This document shows positions 61,895 to 64,000 of a stretch of DNA of 64,000 nt, piece after piece (position 1 is the first letter of the stretch; each line of letters opens with the position of its first letter). Source of the DNA: Lama glama (lineage: Eukaryota); NCBI GenBank assembly GCA_028534125.1, contig CM052817.1, forward strand, positions 101,310,001 through 101,374,000, given 5' to 3'. The notes under the pieces were generated by a model. It worked only from the letters and a program-made list of their open reading frames with translations. It ran no database searches and was not told where the DNA came from. The translations under genes and the position numbers were made by a program.

Positions 61895-62704
61895 TCACTG
61901 AATCTTTGGTTACTGAAATAGGCAGCACTCTGAAAGACAGAAGCATCGGCCAGCCTTTCCGCAACACACATTCTTTGCAGCGCAGTTTAAAGCCGTCCCA
62001 GTAGAGCAAGCCCTAAAGCAGCTGTAATTTTTGCCATTTTCCAGGAATGCTGGTATCGGCTGACTTTCCGTCAGAAAAACGGCCTTCTGTGCTTTCAAAA
62101 ACAAAACAAAACAAAATAACAAAAACAGGTGGAAAGAAGAAAGTTGAACTGGAGTTACATTTCATTTAAACTAAGTATAAGTGCATTTTGCAAAATGTTG
62201 AGAATAATTTAGTCAGTCGTTAATCCGTCACTGATACTGTAAAATAGGAGTGGTCTGTTTCCACTGTTTAATTTTCTACTCGGTTCTACCAAATAGGATG
62301 TCAGGTTTGGCATTTTTGATAATGACTTTGGGACCTTTTTCACTGAAAGCACCTTAGAACTATACTACAAGGAAACACTTCCCATACGTATAACTCCATG
62401 AATGTGATGTTTATTTCTTATTAATTTATAATTCAGCCATTCTCTTATATAGGACTTTAAAAAATTTAAAGTGGAAATCTAGCTACTTCCAATTATCTAT
62501 CAAATTTCTTATGCCCAAATCAGCCTCTGAAAAAAAATTTTTTTCAGGAAGATTTATGTTTAGGTTTCGTATTTTTTAGTTAGGTAGAGTTTTCAAAATA
62601 CTTGAGACTGTCTGTGATAAAATTATAAAATTCAATAACATTTTTAGAATGTTAAACTAAGACACTGTTTCCTAATGCCAGTGCTAAATAAGTCTTTGAA
62701 TTTA

Positions 62705-62822
62705 AACATTCATATTTAATGAGTGCCTACGGTATGCCAGGCACTGTTCTAGGCACTGAGGATAAAGTGATGGATAAAACAGACAGAAATCCCTGCCCCT
62801 TTGGAGTTTTCACTCTAGGGAG
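62705..62822. mobile_element. L2 3'-end relic within the 3'UTR region
   Basis: tgagtgcctacggtatgccaggcactgttctaggcactgaggata...aaacagacagaaatccctgccc. Confidence 0.75.
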
Positions 62823-64000
62823 GGAGTTGCATTTTACCGTTTACTAGCGTTCTGCATAAAAGCTAATAAGCTAAACTCTTGATAGCTCCTGGAAAGTTTA
62901 AAAGGAAACTTTTCAAATTGGTTAAATTAATTTTAGTTTATTTTCCCAAGCGAAAACAGCTTCCTATTTAGATTCTGTCACAGGCCATTGATCTTAAGAT
63001 TAGTTTACTTTAAAGGGGTGTTTTGCACATTTAAGTTATACTTGTGAATTCTGAAATTTACCAGCCATCATACCGTATCAGACTGGATATCTTAATAGTA
63101 GATTGAATATAAAACTAATTTTTTACATGGCAATATTGGAATGAAACTGGAATGAAAGAAGAAATACTTTGATTCAGACCTGTTCCACTCTCTGTTTCTA
63201 AAACATGCTATGAGCACTCCAGGAAACACTATATTTTTCCCCAAAATATATGTAATCATATATGTTAAAGTATAGATAACATTTCAAATTTGGATATATA
63301 TGTGCATTTACTGTATTTCTTGGTAAACATATTTTAGGGGAAAAGTGCTGCTGATAAGGTACGAATAGACAAGATTTAAATGAAATTGTGTCACATTCTA
63401 TGGAAAATGGTTTCTGGTAAACTGAGAAGGCTATTAAAATAAGTGACTTTTTTTCTGGGCTACCATTATTATTTGATTTCTCTTTGTCAAGTGTACAGAA
63501 CCTGTCATACATTCATGATAAGTAGCACTGAAAATTACCCATTCGAATTTCCCCTGGGCACTATACGGCAAAATATTGCCAGTTAGAATGTAAAGGTCAG
63601 TGACAACGCATTCCCTCCCCCAGTTACTAGCTACGGATGCTAGTAACTGCATCTCCGATACAGCCTCCCCTGCTGGACACGGGGAGTTGGGTGGAGAGTC
63701 GCTTGACCGTCTAGAAACACATGAATAAAACCTTTATGACTGTTAGCCATTGAAAAACATGGTTCTTAGTATCTTAATCAAAACTTTAGTCCCCAGCAAC
63801 TAAAGTCCCCAAGTTTTCTTATTTCAGTTTACTCTTTGACTAGATTTGAGGCAAATCAACGCTAACAGGTCCATGCAAATAGAAGACACTTGCTTCTACT
63901 ACTGGAGATACAGGGTATGTCCTAACGGAGTTAGATGGAATAGTAGTGCAGCAGCAAGTGTCTATGGCTCCTTAATACTGGAGGATTCACGCAAATGCTT

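Larger units (their letters stand above)
60682..64000 (+). other. TRIM2: TRIM2 3'UTR; 3' end uncertain and possibly beyond the window
   Basis: AT-rich, repeat-poor sequence after the stop; ATTAAA at 60992, AATAAA at 63724; several miRNA seed matches. Confidence 0.7.

Noticed and set aside
1..64000. CRISPR array, operon or other novel multi-gene system
   Set aside because: The sequence is a mammalian intron-exon locus; no regularly spaced repeat-spacer array or second gene was found; the remaining short ORFs match repeats or chance

Overview
This is mammalian genomic DNA, very probably a camelid, judged from many copies of a tRNA-derived Vic-1-type SINE and cetartiodactyl-type L1 3' ends. The window holds most of TRIM2 (RING / B-box / coiled-coil / filamin / NHL E3 ligase) on the + strand. 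Eleven coding exons were delimited by GT-AG sites. From the ATG at 13020 they join into 2235 nt (744 aa + stop at 60679-60681), followed by more than 3 kb of 3'UTR. The first exon of the long isoform was not found; a GC-rich stretch at ~2.8-3.5 kb may be an alternative promoter. Introns are filled with SINEs, L1/L2/MIR relics, solo LTRs and DNA-transposon MITEs, plus a U6 retropseudogene split by an L1 and a 500-N assembly gap. I see no evidence for a new multi-gene biological system. The best leads are: (i) a poly(A)-tailed, TSD-flanked retroposed sequence present twice that I cannot assign to a family; (ii) an alternative donor plus intronic polyadenylation module after the exon at 51900-52068, which would remodel the NHL propeller; (iii) an L1 ORF2 relic ending 35 nt before the terminal exon; (iv) an intragenic CpG island on the filamin exon; (v) several nested or inverted retroposon structures. 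Repeat family names and comparisons to human TRIM2 are from memory and need confirmation. Repeat boundaries are approximate unless a TSD is given.
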